From Adineta vaga (lineage: Eukaryota > Animalia > Rotifera), in NCBI GenBank assembly GCA_021613535.1, contig CP075495.1:9672001-9736000 (forward strand): a DNA stretch of 64,000 bases, read 5' to 3'. Below are positions 1-12,620 of this stretch, piece by piece. Both the position numbers and the translations under genes were made by a program. The notes under the pieces were generated by a model. It was not told where the DNA came from. It ran no database searches and saw nothing but the letters and a program-made list of their open reading frames with translations. Within the stretch, counting starts at the first letter, position 1, and the number at the start of each line of letters is the position of its first letter.

Positions 1-21
1 AGGAAAAAAAACTTGTCTTAC

Positions 22-1164
22 TGTATATTCATTAACAATAAATGCGATTCGACACCATTCTTTTTTTGGTATTGAAGCAACTGTTCGTGCACCATTTCCA
101 AATAAATCATACAAATATCCAAATGTACTTACTGTCATTTGACCTGAAGTTTACAACAAGAACAACAACAGCAACAAAAAACGACAATTTCAATAAGTTG
201 AAGTTATGAATATTGATATAAGTAAAAAATATACCTTCTCGATTAAGAAAAATTTCTGGAGTTAAATGTGTATTGTTAAATGATAGATGTTGTAAAATAC
301 CACACTGTATTGTAAAGAATTCAGATGTACAATATTCATCAATAAATATCCAAAATACAATTGAAAATCTAAATAAAATTCGTAATATAATATCTTTCTA
401 TATAAAAAATACAATTAATTCTACTTGGGACGTATAACTCGACTCTGTTGTTCTAATCGCAGACTATAGTCTTGATATGGTGGAAGAACAAAATGTTTTC
501 CATACACACCTCCTGTTAATACCAGAGGATAATTGATAATCCGTATTATTTCTAGAAGGAGAGAAATTCATAAATTTATAAAAATTGAAAAGATTTTACC
601 GGGTTCTTTTTGACATGTAGTTTGTATCGTTGTATTTGTTAAAGGATTCCATCGAAATGAACGAATATATGGACGTTTATCTACTGGAAGAAATCTTACG
701 TTAGATTGAATACTTTTCAAAATTTGATTTCCATTCTCATATTCATTGTTATACATAATTAAATTTAATTGACCATATTCAATTGGCCATGATTGTAAGT
801 TTGATTGCGGATCGGAAGCATATGCTAATGAACGATGTAACTTTACACGTATGTAACGTGTTTGAATATGAATTGATTTTTGACAAAACCAATGACGACG
901 AAAAACAGCGAAATTATATCGATATAGATTCCGTTCAATTCGTATTGATAAAGATATACGACGTCGTGATAAAGATGAACATTTATATTGAATTGTTAAA
1001 TAAATATTATCATTATGAAAAACGGATGGAATATGTTTAATAATGATAAAATCAAGTTCATTTGCTGTAAATCGATCATTTTCATAAGTAATTTGTGATT
1101 GTGTGAAATAAACACAATAGATCAAATAGATGAACATAGTGATAAGAGAGGTTTTCATTTTCAT
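22..1164 (-). CDS. SEL1L3: Protein sel-1 homolog 3 (5' part, 4 exons; gene continues off the left edge)
   Basis: Signal peptide MKMKTSLITMFIYLIYCVYFTQS from ATG 1164. Spliced exons read ...EIIRIINYPLVLTGGVYG..., FSIVFWIFIDEYC..CGILQH..TPEIFLNREG and ..IPKKEWCRIAF, which follow my recollection of the SEL1L3 N-terminal/LamG-like region (FTVSLWLYLLHYC..CGILYF..TPSVFLTEEG; IPLKEWFRL). Confidence 0.8.
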
Positions 1165-1785
1165 GATTGAAAAAGAACGGTATAATGATCGTTTCTGAGA
1201 CGAAGAAACTAATATTAATAATGAAGAATAGATACATATGGTGCCATGTTTCACACGTGGCAAAAAGAAGAAATTTATTCTTTTCAAATACATAAATAAA
1301 ATCAAAAGAGAATCGAAAGATATATTATTATCAAATTATTCCTATAATTCAAAATTATTGAATTCATTTCTATTTATCACATAAATTATGTATTACATAT
1401 CGTCAAAAATGAAAAATGATCTATAACGAATGTTTGACGGTTCATTGAGCAATAACTTGTCATGTTTAAAAACACTTTATGAACTATAAACATATCTTTT
1501 GTTCATATAGAAGTTACAAAATACGGTGATAGCGTGCATATTGATGTCTTCATTAAAACAATATAGTATACCAAAGTTCAATGCTTTTCTAAAGTTATTT
1601 CATGTTTTCTTTTCTCTTCTATTGTTAAACAATACAATTAGAATCCGTTGAATTTGTTTCAGTTTCAGGAAGTTAGTCTATTTGCATGGATTTTGTAAGG
1701 ATTCTAAGATTGAAGAAAGGATCTTAAAAGTACGTTCATAATATCATTAGAATAAAACAAAAACATATCACGATTAATCTTCCAC

Positions 1786-2058
1786 ATGGCAACATATCGA
1801 TATCTTGTTATCATCTATTCTATTTTATTATTATTTCAAACTACATTCACTAGTAGCGACAGATATGAGTAAAATAATAATACATTTGTTTACTTTTAGA
1901 GTATTTACATAATCATTAGATAATATTTTAGAGGGTGTGGGTGGAGGAAGTTTTATCTTATTCCTCCGCCTTTCTCCTCTGTTCGTAACTACCCATCTAT
2001 TTGTACTTCTTCGTCCTTTTCTCTCGTTATGTACTTTTCTCGTATCATACGTCCATAA
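1786..2058 (+). CDS. Candidate small secreted peptide (2 exons, 69 aa), not in ORF track
   Basis: Exon 1 (1786-1868) encodes a signal-peptide-like MATYRYLVIIYSILLLFQTTFTSS. A 63 bp GT..TTTTAG intron (1869-1931) is of typical size here. Exon 2 stays open as EGCGWRKFYLIPPPFSSVRNYPSICTSSSFSLVMYFSRIIRP*. Confidence 0.5.
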
Positions 2059-2334
2059 TCTTAGTAAAAAATTAAAAGAATCTAGATAAAGAATCAGTCA
2101 TGTTTCAACGTTAAAAATAACTTTAACCTTCGGACGATATAACAAAGTATGGACAAAGAAAATAATTCAAATATCAATCGTTACATGATAAATGATTGTA
2201 AAACATTCGAACTATTCATAGCAAAATTCATTTGTTAAGTCATATGAAATACATGATTAAAAAACAATTCATGATTTATATTTATTTTAACGAGTTCACT
2301 ATTTGTATCACAATAGAAACCATAAGTATGATAA

Positions 2335-3909
2335 CTAAATTTCTAAATCCATATGAAGTAATGGAATTAGTTGAACATGATCATCTCGATTTTGTACTAT
2401 TTCAACTAAATCAGCTTCAAGAATTTGTCGACGAAGAAAATTTTGTATAAATCTGACAGAGAAAACACAGCGTCATGGTGACCCAAACGGTAGAGAACAT
2501 ATTTCCACAGCAGTGTTAAATAATAATTTTGACTTAGAAATAAATTATTTGGAAATGAATCGAAATCCATTGAATTATATCGATCTTTTCTGAATAACGG
2601 CAAGTTTTGTGGTGATAGAGCAAGAATAAGAATCCATAATTTCATTATAACTGGATCATAAGATAGCATGTTTTCAAATGCATTCATATATTTTTCAGCA
2701 CGTTGAATAAATTCATCGGAAAGGACATATTGAAATACTAATCGATCATGTTCCCATGGAAAAAATTTTAAAACATTAGATTTCCTTAGTTCACTAGCAT
2801 TTACGGATGTTAGACATTGTAGACTATTCTTCACATATTGATAATGATTGTCTGTTGCGGATTGAAAGTTATCGAATTGTAAAATACGTTTAATAAATGA
2901 AGCAATTATAATCGTGTATTTAAATCTGAGATCAAATAAACGTTGTAGCTTAATACGTGATCGATAGGGCTGAACTGGTGGTACAAGTGAAATAGTTTGA
3001 TGAGACTCGATAAATTTCTGAACACAATATAGATCATAGGCATTTCGAATATTTGTTATTAAATTCCATTCATCCAATGAAAGAATAGTATGATCATCTG
3101 AACGTATTGAATCGACCTATATGATATAAGAAAATGATACACAACTTCTTTTCATATATAAATTAGCTTACAGTTGTTAGTTGTATTGATCGATAGTGTG
3201 GTCTACTATTTAGTGCTGCTGATGTAGCATGACTAATAGCATTTAAACTTCGGATAAGTTCTTTTTTCATACCTTGTTGAAAACATTTTTTTAAACGACA
3301 TGCTGAACAATGTCTTCTTGTTGTAATTGTTATTTCACATGAACTTGCTACTCGACAACTATAAGTTAACTTAAACAAAAAAAGATGTATTTGTTTGATG
3401 AAATATAATTACGAAGATTTATGTTGACGTACCTGTTCATTATAAGCATTACGACGAAAAAATGCTAAAAATAAACCAAAATATGCAACTTTTCTTTTCA
3501 CATTGATTAATAAGTCATATGTGCATATCTTTTTTAGGCACAGTGCACCGTATTAAATATTACGGGAGCAAAAAACATTCTCTACGAAGGAGACTATTTC
3601 TAAATATAAACTCGCTTTTTCCTTATATTAACCGTAGATAAGTTAAGTCATTCTTTTTTACATTTAAATATCCTGATTTATAAAAAAAATGAAAATGTAA
3701 ATATTCATACCTTTACATGATAAACATGTCATTGCATCGAAATTTCGTCCTTAGAAGTCAAATAGAAAGGGAGGACATACAGTCGAAAATTATATACAAA
3801 TCATAACATTACCTATTGCTGGTGCTCCACATACAGCACATAAAGAACGTGTATGCAGCATATACTCTTTAGTAGTAATATTCGACAGTAAGAAAGATTC
3901 CTTCTCCAT
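2335..3909 (-). CDS. Nuclear hormone receptor, NR1J/NR1I (HR96/VDR)-like; 5 exons; apparent 1 bp frameshift near 2462
   Basis: Spliced C4 zinc fingers [27 protein letters not shown] and CRVASSCEITITTRRHCSACRLKKCFQQGM, using 39 nt (3711-3749) and 32 nt small exons. LBD begins DEWNLITNIRNAYD. A shifted frame gives a plausible C-terminus FSVRFIQNFLRRQILEADLVEIVQNRDDHVQLIPLLHMDLEI* ending at 2335. Confidence 0.85.
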
Positions 3910-5391
3910 GAAATCTTCGACTAAAATGTTTACTTTTCTTAATACAAAACACGCTGTCTATATCTCTCTCTATGTGTTTGAGCTTGTAAATGCACTCCCG
4001 ATGCACTGGAAAAAGAGGTGCACAGTCGTCAAAATATTTTTCTTGCGTTTTTTCTTCCTTTTCTCTGTTTCTTTCTAAACTGCCTCACTTTCCACACGTT
4101 CTCTCACAAAACAGCGAAAACGTACTTCATATTCCTTTTCTGTTTTTCTCTATCTCACGAATGACCTTGCACATAAGTTTCTACAAAATCTTTATATCGA
4201 GCCATATTTTCAACAGTGAACGATACAGCCTTTCGTTGTCATAATTAAATTTTTACTCTAACCTAGTTTTATGGTATTCTTCTAGTCATATTAGTTCATG
4301 AAAACATTTGTTTCTTTTGTGCTTGGATGGCCTTCTTTTTCAGAGCAAATCTTAAACATCAACAATCTAAATGAAAAGTCATGAAGAACACTCGAAATCA
4401 AACAGCAGTATCATTAAAAATATGATTCTGATCATAATTAAACATGTCTCATTTCTACGAAACTTGAGAACAAGATTATTAAGAGGTAAAGTCTACATTT
4501 AATATCTAGTTCAGACGTCATTCCATCTACCTACACATTACACACACTCTATCAAGTTATAATGTGAATAAAACACATAATCAAGTCCAGTGTCATTTCA
4601 TATACTTTTGTTGATGAGAAAAATATTTAATGTACTTTGATATCAAAAAAGTACATTCAAGGTCAAGACAAAATAATTTATCTTTCGATTTCCTCTTCAG
4701 ATAGTTTGTAATGCAATTATCAGCTATTAAAGCTTGTATGTATAATTAGATTTGAAAATTAAAAACAAAGTCTGATTTGATCATTTTTTAATTCTATTCA
4801 GAAATTTTATTTTTCATAAACATGCGTATGTGTATAACATCATTGCAGTATTGCAATCTTGAGAAAACCCGAAAGCGATAGAAGATATTGTGTATCTGCA
4901 AAAGGTTAGCATGCTTTAAGCATATATTTATTAATATTTAAATAGGTTCGAAAAAACGTCCACAGTGGATACATGTTTTTATAAAAAATTGAGAAGCAGA
5001 AAATGCTAAAAAGAATAAGAACATATTTTAAAAGAGAGATATCAATTAATTTATGAATCTAATTCTCATGTGAGGTAATTACATTAGATGAAAATTCTTG
5101 ATGTGTAATATGATGTATTTATGCTATATAATTCTGAAAGAATCACATGACGAGTCATAATATATTGCTATTAGTTTGTTAACAGAAACTGAAATGATTC
5201 TTTTCTAGAAAATTATTCAAATATCTATTCACATCATATTAAGAAGAATTATGAACTCTAAATGATTTTAGGTACTTTTTTAAAATATCTATTGACGTCA
5301 ACTATTTATTTTAAGTAATACTAATCAGGCTTTACTTTTACACAACATAGAAATATATATAAATAAATATAAAAGAAATTCATTTCATAGT

Positions 5392-6350
5392 TTATGTAAT
5401 TGTACTTCCATGTGTAGTTCGACGAGTATATCGAACATAATTGGTTTGTCGAATTTTATTTCGAATTGATACGATTGATGCATATAATTCATGTCGATAG
5501 AATGGTGTTCCAAGTGTATATGCATAAAAACTTGTTGAAAAATTGACATTTAATAATAAACCAAATAGACGAAAGAGACTAACGTGTAATGCAACATATC
5601 TTGGTTGTTGAAACATTAATAGAACATATGTAACAGCAAATGGAACGTTACATACAACATTCATTGTTACATACATAAAAAGCATTTTTAATAATTGATT
5701 ATCACGTTGACGTGTACGTACTTGATTGACTGGCATAACTCGACGTCGTTGTTGACGAAGAAAAAGTAAAGTAATAGTCATAAAACTACCATTAATAAAG
5801 GTGGTATTATACATAAGAAAAATAATATGTATAAACCAATAAATTTACTATACGATGAATTTGGACTGAAACAATATGTCGAATTTCCTGATCGACCAAG
5901 TTCATACCCAAATAGAACATGAATATAACTTGTAAAAATGAATATAGCCATACAAGGAATGACATAATATGCCCTATGAACTGTAGCTAATTTTCGTAAT
6001 CTAGTATTTGTTGAACTTGTACATAAACGATCGAAACATGCCAAAACAACCAAATATGGAGAGAGTGTATATAAACTATCGGTGATATATGTTTTTAATT
6101 TACAATACCAATCATAACTTCGTGAAGGATCCATATTAAATTGATTGGCTAGCCATAATGGTAATACAACTGCATAGATGACAAGTAGATCATTGATAGA
6201 AAGTGCCCGAAAATATAATGAACATGAACTTTTTCGTAATGGTTTTCGAGAAAAAAATAGAATTTGATTAAGAATGGCACCAATTGTTCCAAAAACAATT
6301 AGAATTGGTTGAGAATAACGGGTAAATTGAAAGTATGTTGAATCAGACAT
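5392..6350 (-). pseudogene. Class A orphan GPCR, intronless, interrupted by a 1 bp deletion (pseudogene or sequence error)
   Basis: Overlapping ORFs 5778-6350 and 5392-5814 together align to the intact neighbour 7201-8175. Restoring one base (TGA CT to TGT ACT) gives PPLLMVVLCTITLLFLRQQRRRVMP, colinear with PPMLMTICCITTLILLRRQRRRVMP. Confidence 0.8.
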
Positions 6351-7200
6351 TTCTATTGCAACGTCTTTTGAATGATAATAATCATCAACAACTGAAAGAT
6401 ATTTATGTCAGTTTTTTTTCTCATTACACAATCTGATATTAAACGTCTCGCGATTGAATCAAAGAAATATCGTTATAGTTAATCTCACTTTCATTTTTAA
6501 TTATCATTGATAATAACACGTTTTTGAAGAGTTTGGAAAAAGAATGCTATGAGTGATCTGTAGTAGTCTGTATTGTATTAATTATTGATAATTCAAACGA
6601 TACGTTGATATTCTATATGAATAAATTTTCTTTCTTTTTTTTTACAGCATCTTCAAGTATATTCGTATTGATCTTTGGAAAATATATTCAGAAAGTATTA
6701 ACATTAATCCTAATGATGTATTCAATCTACTTTCTAATCTAGGCCAAGTTCTTTTTTTGTAATTATACAAAAGTCATGAAGTTCATAATCTTTATCTGAA
6801 TTTCTAAAAATATATCGTCTGAATCTAACGTTTCATGCTACGCTTTTCCTTTTCAATCAAAATCTGTAATAATAATAAGTATTAATAAGCGAAGGTGTTA
6901 ATAAGTCATTCAATCGGCACATGATACTTTTACGCTCAAAAAATTATACTCAATAATATTGTGCAAGATCTATTTCGTAAATGTCGATTGTTCTCAAATG
7001 AAATATTCGTATCTAAAGATCTTCGTAGATGTATTTTACATTAGAGGAAGATAATCATATTGTTTGCTTTCATACGTTATTTTTATTTAGAGAATATTTA
7101 ATACTCAAAAAGATAATACACATATTTTAAAAATCTAATTTACATGATGACATATATCTAATAGAAAGAAAGAATTGAATAAAATATAGTTTTTTTTTAA

Positions 7201-8175
7201 TCAGGAGCGTTTGAACGGTGTATTAATTGTCATGCGTGGTCTTGCTTGATTGTAATTAGGTCGTATCATTCTCTGATAATGTTTTACAGTGTCGATTATT
7301 AATCTATAAAATTCTTGTCGATAAAATGGAGTGCCCATGGTATAGATATAGAAACTAATCGAAAAACTTGCATTGAATAGAAGTACAAATAAACGATATA
7401 ATAGAAGTACTGTAGGTGATGGATTTGGTAATTGATAAACAGCAATGAGCAATACAGTACTGAATGGCGTAGTACTTATTATATGAAATGCTACATAGAG
7501 AAGAAGCATTTTAAATAATTGAGTGTCACGCTGTCGTAAACGCACTTGATTTATAGGCATTACTCGACGACGTTGACGACGAAGAAGAATCAGTGTAGTA
7601 ATACAACATATTGTCATTAACATCGGAGGTAGATATGCAAGAAATATGACAAGGAATATAGCATTTATTTTGCTGTATATCGGATCGATACTTGTACAAA
7701 CTTTACTTGTTGAACGAGTGATTAACATATTGTATACAGGAACATGAGAATAGGCAGCACATACAATTAAGATCATTGAAGAAATTAGATAAGATGCAAT
7801 ACGAGTTGTCGCAATTCGTCTTAAACGAGCATTTGTTGAACTTGTACATAAACGATCAAAACAAGCCAAAGCAACAAAATATGGAGAAAGAGTATAAAGA
7901 ACACAATTAAGATAGGATTTCGTTTTGCAAAGCCAATCGGATGTTTTCGCTATGTCAGTTCCATAATGATCTACAATCCATTGAAGCAATACATAGACAT
8001 AGAGAACAAGTAGATCATTGACAGATGATGCTCGAAAATAATATGAGCATGAAGTTGATCGTAAAGATTTTCGAGAAGTAAAAAGAATTTGATTAAATAT
8101 TGAACCTATCGTGCCTAAAATGATAAGTGGCGGTTGCGAATATAGACTCAGTTGTTGATAGGTAGAATCTGACAT
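7201..8175 (-). CDS. Class A (rhodopsin-like) orphan GPCR, intronless
   Basis: 324 aa with seven hydrophobic segments, TM2 SVNDL, DRL variant of DRY, ECL cysteines, and TM7 NASFSISFYIY followed by helix 8 FYRQEF. Confidence 0.9.
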   Translation of the reverse strand: MSDSTYQQLSLYSQPPLIILGTIGSIFNQILFTSRKSLRSTSCSYYFRASSVNDLLVLYVYVLLQWIVDHYGTDIAKTSDWLCKTKSYLNCVLYTLSPYFVALACFDRLCTSSTNARLRRIATTRIASYLISSMILIVCAAYSHVPVYNMLITRSTSKVCTSIDPIYSKINAIFLVIFLAYLPPMLMTICCITTLILLRRQRRRVMPINQVRLRQRDTQLFKMLLLYVAFHIISTTPFSTVLLIAVYQLPNPSPTVLLLYRLFVLLFNASFSISFYIYTMGTPFYRQEFYRLIIDTVKHYQRMIRPNYNQARPRMTINTPFKRS

Positions 8176-8901
8176 CGTTTTGAAGAATGTTTAAGTGATA
8201 ATAACTAACGAAGAAGTGCTTTGAATATAGTTTTTTAACCTATTTATATCATTTTGTTGACGTATATTGTGAAGAAAAAGACGAGATCGTTAAATAAGAA
8301 GCTGCTTAGTGCATGCATGAAATTGTAGAAAATAGCATGAGAAGGATAAACCACTATCAGTTTGTCTTCTGTTGATTCGCCGCAATGATTATTTTTGTCA
8401 AAAAACACTTCACTTACGATATGTGTCAAACACTAAATCGAAAAAATTCTTCTTGGCTTAGTTATAGTTTTCCTGATATAATTCGGACAACGGATAACAT
8501 AAAATTTCTTTATAGTAGCAACTGATTTCACCAGCAACATCATTAGTTCTGTACCTTAATTATATTCATTTTCTTTCATAATTAATTCGAAAGATGTCGC
8601 TAATTAGTAGATTTCAGATGGTAAAACATCTTCGTCTGTTTTTCTATTTACAGTATATTAATTTCAATTTTCTTTTTTTCGTTTTCTTAACTTTTCATAC
8701 AAAGAAATAATTGTCACTATCGTAAATTTTAATCTTTTACACAATTGGTTATATGACTTTCGTTCTCTCTTAACTTATCCATCATGGCCGATCAATTCAA
8801 CCATCCATTCGTGCATCGATTCTTTCAACATATCTTAAACTTAAACAACTGATTTGTTTTGTTTCTTCTTATATATTGTAGTAAACGTAGAACAATCAAT
8901 A

Positions 8902-10032
8902 ATGAGTAGTACAACTACAAATTTATCTTGTGAAGATTTACATAATGTTCGACAAGAATTATGGTCGAAATTACAAAATATTGATACACGTCTTAAACAA
9001 ACATATGTTGCACCTCTTTTTCGTATAACAACATCTTCAACAAGTAATCAACGTACTTTTTCAACAAATGATTCAACAAATACAAAACGTTCTCGAGTAT
9101 CATCGTCATCCTATGATGAACATAATACTTCATCGTTACCAGAAAATCATTTTGATGAATCATCAACGAAATCTCTTCATTCATCTATTGTTCCAACAAA
9201 TAAAATCATTAAAACAAAAGATGATTTAATTTCCTTGGTAAATCGTGATCAACAATCAACTGGACGTAATCGTCGTATGTTTGGAGTTATAGTAGGGACA
9301 TTGAATAAGTTCAAAGCTGAAGCAAATGCTTATAGTGAACAATCGGTAGGAATTAAACGGCATGAAATTGAACGACGTTTAGAAGAAAAACAAGAAAAAG
9401 AACGTGAAGATAAAAAACATGAACGGACAGAATTATTAGCAACAAAACAAGATTATAAACAACAATTGAAATTAGTTAATATGAAACTTGAAATCATACA
9501 ACGATTGGCGACGTATGAAAAAACTCATCTTCCATTACGGAATTTTATTCGAACAAAGACCAAACCATATGTTTTTTACTTGCCCAAAGGTTCAATTGAT
9601 GGAATATTTGAGAAAAATTTTCAAGAAAGTCAAAATGAAATTGACAAAGAAATGGAGGAATTTAAGCGAGAGTGTCAACAAAAATTGGAGTCATTAGATA
9701 GTATGTCAACAAATCCAGATGATGATGATGATGATGACAATGACAATGATGACGGTGAAACAAAAATAAATAAGAAAAGAAAATTAAATGAACATAATCA
9801 TGAGGATGACGATGATGATGCCACATTAGCAGATTTACCTGATGAAATCACTTTATCTGCACCAGAAATCAAAAGTGAAATTGTCAATACAACATCAGCT
9901 CATTCGAGTATTGATCAATCCAGCAACAAAACAAATGGTATAACTGTACCAAAAACAACACGTACAGTTATTTTTGATGAAACAGAATCGACCAATGATA
10001 AACAAAATAATCAGTCAATGACCGATGAGTAA
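8902..10032 (+). CDS. PNN: Pinin (splicing/EJC-associated, Pinin/SDK/memA domain)
   Basis: Motif RNRRMFGVIVGTLNKFK, a coiled coil, NFIRTKTKPYVFYLP and an acidic low-complexity tail. First ATG is at 8902, after an upstream splice acceptor. Confidence 0.88.
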   Translation: MSSTTTNLSCEDLHNVRQELWSKLQNIDTRLKQTYVAPLFRITTSSTSNQRTFSTNDSTNTKRSRVSSSSYDEHNTSSLPENHFDESSTKSLHSSIVPTNKIIKTKDDLISLVNRDQQSTGRNRRMFGVIVGTLNKFKAEANAYSEQSVGIKRHEIERRLEEKQEKEREDKKHERTELLATKQDYKQQLKLVNMKLEIIQRLATYEKTHLPLRNFIRTKTKPYVFYLPKGSIDGIFEKNFQESQNEIDKEMEEFKRECQQKLESLDSMSTNPDDDDDDDNDNDDGETKINKKRKLNEHNHEDDDDDATLADLPDEITLSAPEIKSEIVNTTSAHSSIDQSSNKTNGITVPKTTRTVIFDETESTNDKQNNQSMTDE

Positions 10033-11516
10033 CATCCAGGTTCATGAAGAGAAATCAATACTTTTTCTCTTTTGTTTTGTTTTGTTGAATGTTGTTCTTT
10101 TTTTCTTTGTTTCCTCTTTTTTTCACTGTGCTCGTCTTGCTCTTTGTATGTGTGGCGTTGTGCGTGTATGTATCAGAAAATAGGAGAGAAGAAAATTGTA
10201 TATGATCATGATTCTTTTTTGGTTGAACTACAAGAATTTTCTGAAGAAACAGAAGTAATACAATTAGGTTAAAAAATTATCCGCTTAATCAATCAGTAAT
10301 AGCCATATATTGGATTGTAATGAAGTTTTGATGTATGTTCTCAAAGAAGATTGTTACTATACACTTCTTCTTGATATAACTTATAACTGCACGAAAATTT
10401 ACACTGAAGGTGTTGTTCGGTCCTATGTGACGGAAGATTTTCTAATGTCATTTTACAGATTGATGCCAACATCATTTATTTATATATGTCGTGAGAGTAA
10501 GTGCTGTAACATTTCGAATTGTGTGGATTTCTAATGTGAGATCTTTTTGACCCAAAATCATAATTAAAGAACATGAAGAGTCATTTGAACGCATCGAAGT
10601 ACTTCGTTTTTTAGTTTATTCTTATTAATGATATACTTCTAAAATAATGATGATGGCTTTACTAGTTGTATCTCACAATGTTTCAAATGATATTTTTGAA
10701 ATAGTTGCTTAGATTCATCGAGAAAACACGATACTTAAAAATATGTATATTTTTAAAATGACATATTATTCACAAGAAAGATAGAAAGAATTCTGTTCAA
10801 TCATCCAGAAAAAGTACTGACTCTCAGTTTTGAACTTCAAGTACTTTTTTATGAATTCTAGGTGAGATGAAAGGAAGTAGACATCAATGAGTAAATAGGT
10901 GAAAACAGATTATCAGTTTATCTATTAATAATACAAGGTTATAACTTACTTCTCTTGTATTGAAATAACTTCTCAAAATAATATAATACTTCTTTTGTCA
11001 TGATATCGTTCTAAATTATGCATTTATGAAAAATTGTCATTAGTATAATAACAGTAATTTCATCGATTCTTTCATCTAACTATTATTCATATTATAGAAG
11101 CAAATAAATCATATTTTCTAATTAGTTTGGATTACCTACAGATGACTGGCGTTCTTCTCAGAGATTGTCACGTGCGTCTCAATTTGACACGAGAATGTAA
11201 TAATAAATAGCATGACAGTGTTTGAGCGTCAAGCGCAAGTACTTAAGATTATATCAAACCTAAAGAAATATGTTACTATGATATTTATTTTCATTTATCA
11301 ATAATTTTCGTCTGAAATGTTCAACTTAATCTTGTTTCTCTCCATAATCCTGTACTGTACTATTTTCCAGGATTAATAATGGCAGAATGTTAGAAAGAAA
11401 GTCAGATGAAATATATACAGATGATAATTTTTTTTATTTTGAAAATTATTTGAGATAAAATATTCGCAAAAAGAAAGAAGGTAATTAATTGAAAGTTCAT
11501 TAGAGAGAAGTTAGTT

Positions 11517-12620
11517 TTAATGTGATGCTGAGTTAACTGGTACCATTGCCACTGTGCCTGTGGCTCTTGTTCGTTGATCATTATTTGATACTGAAACTTG
11601 CCGATGACAATAAAAGCATGAAAGAAAAAGATTTTTAACGTCACTGCGAAATTTACTTGAAGCACATAGATACACATAAAATGGTGCACAATTATTGATA
11701 ATGATAAGAAATGGTGTAGAAAAATAAGCAATAAATGATTCAATACGAATACGATCAATTGTTTTCTGTTCATCAGATGTAATTGCTGAATATGTTATAT
11801 TGATTGAATAGAGAAGATTTGTACATACATAAAGTAAAACTTCACATATACATAAAATAATTAATTGTTGATCTCGTTTACCCATACGTTGCTGATTGAA
11901 TGTTCGAACATTAATAATAATATTTTGATCAACGCTATGTGTCGGACGAACTCGAGCTCTAACCTAAACGAGAAACATTTTTATAGATTAAATGAAAAGA
12001 ACTTCATTTATTAGACTATATGAACTGACTTTCTTTAGATTTTGAAAGGAGATTATACTAAATATAGACATTACGATTGGCGGCGACCAACCAGAAATAA
12101 CGATGGAATAAGCACTGAAAAACTTTGCGTAAGCACCTGATTGTGGTACACAACGACCGTTTTCAATACGAAAGAAAACTCCTAAATGAATAGGTATGAT
12201 CAGCCAAACAATTGTAATAATTAATATTGCTCGACAGGCTATACGTGCTTGACTAAATGATCGTATCCAGGCGTGACGATTGCACATTGCTGCACGATCG
12301 ATACAAGCAGCCATTTTGTACCATCGATAGAGCATAAGTAAAGCATTGAATAGATAACTACGAATTTTACACCAAACTAACGAAATATTTTGTGGATCAA
12401 TATTCCTTGCTGAATACACAGCAGCTGGAAGAATACATTCAATTAAAATTAAATTAACAATTGTTGCCGCAAGTAAATAGAGTGAACAAGAATTTCGTCG
12501 ATGCGTACGTCGAATAAGAATTGAAATCAGGAGAATATTACCGATAGTGCCAAATGCCAGAAAAGTAGATAAACCATATTCAGACATATACTGTTGAGCT
12601 TGAGTAAGTGCTGATGTCAT
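11517..12620 (-). CDS. Class A orphan GPCR, 2 exons (intron ~11964-12029)
   Basis: GN in TM1, WCKIRSY, DRA motif, GWSPP in TM5, then exon 2 RDQQL..NNCAPFYVY..SSKFR. Same broad family as the receptors at 5.4-8.2 kb. Confidence 0.88.
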
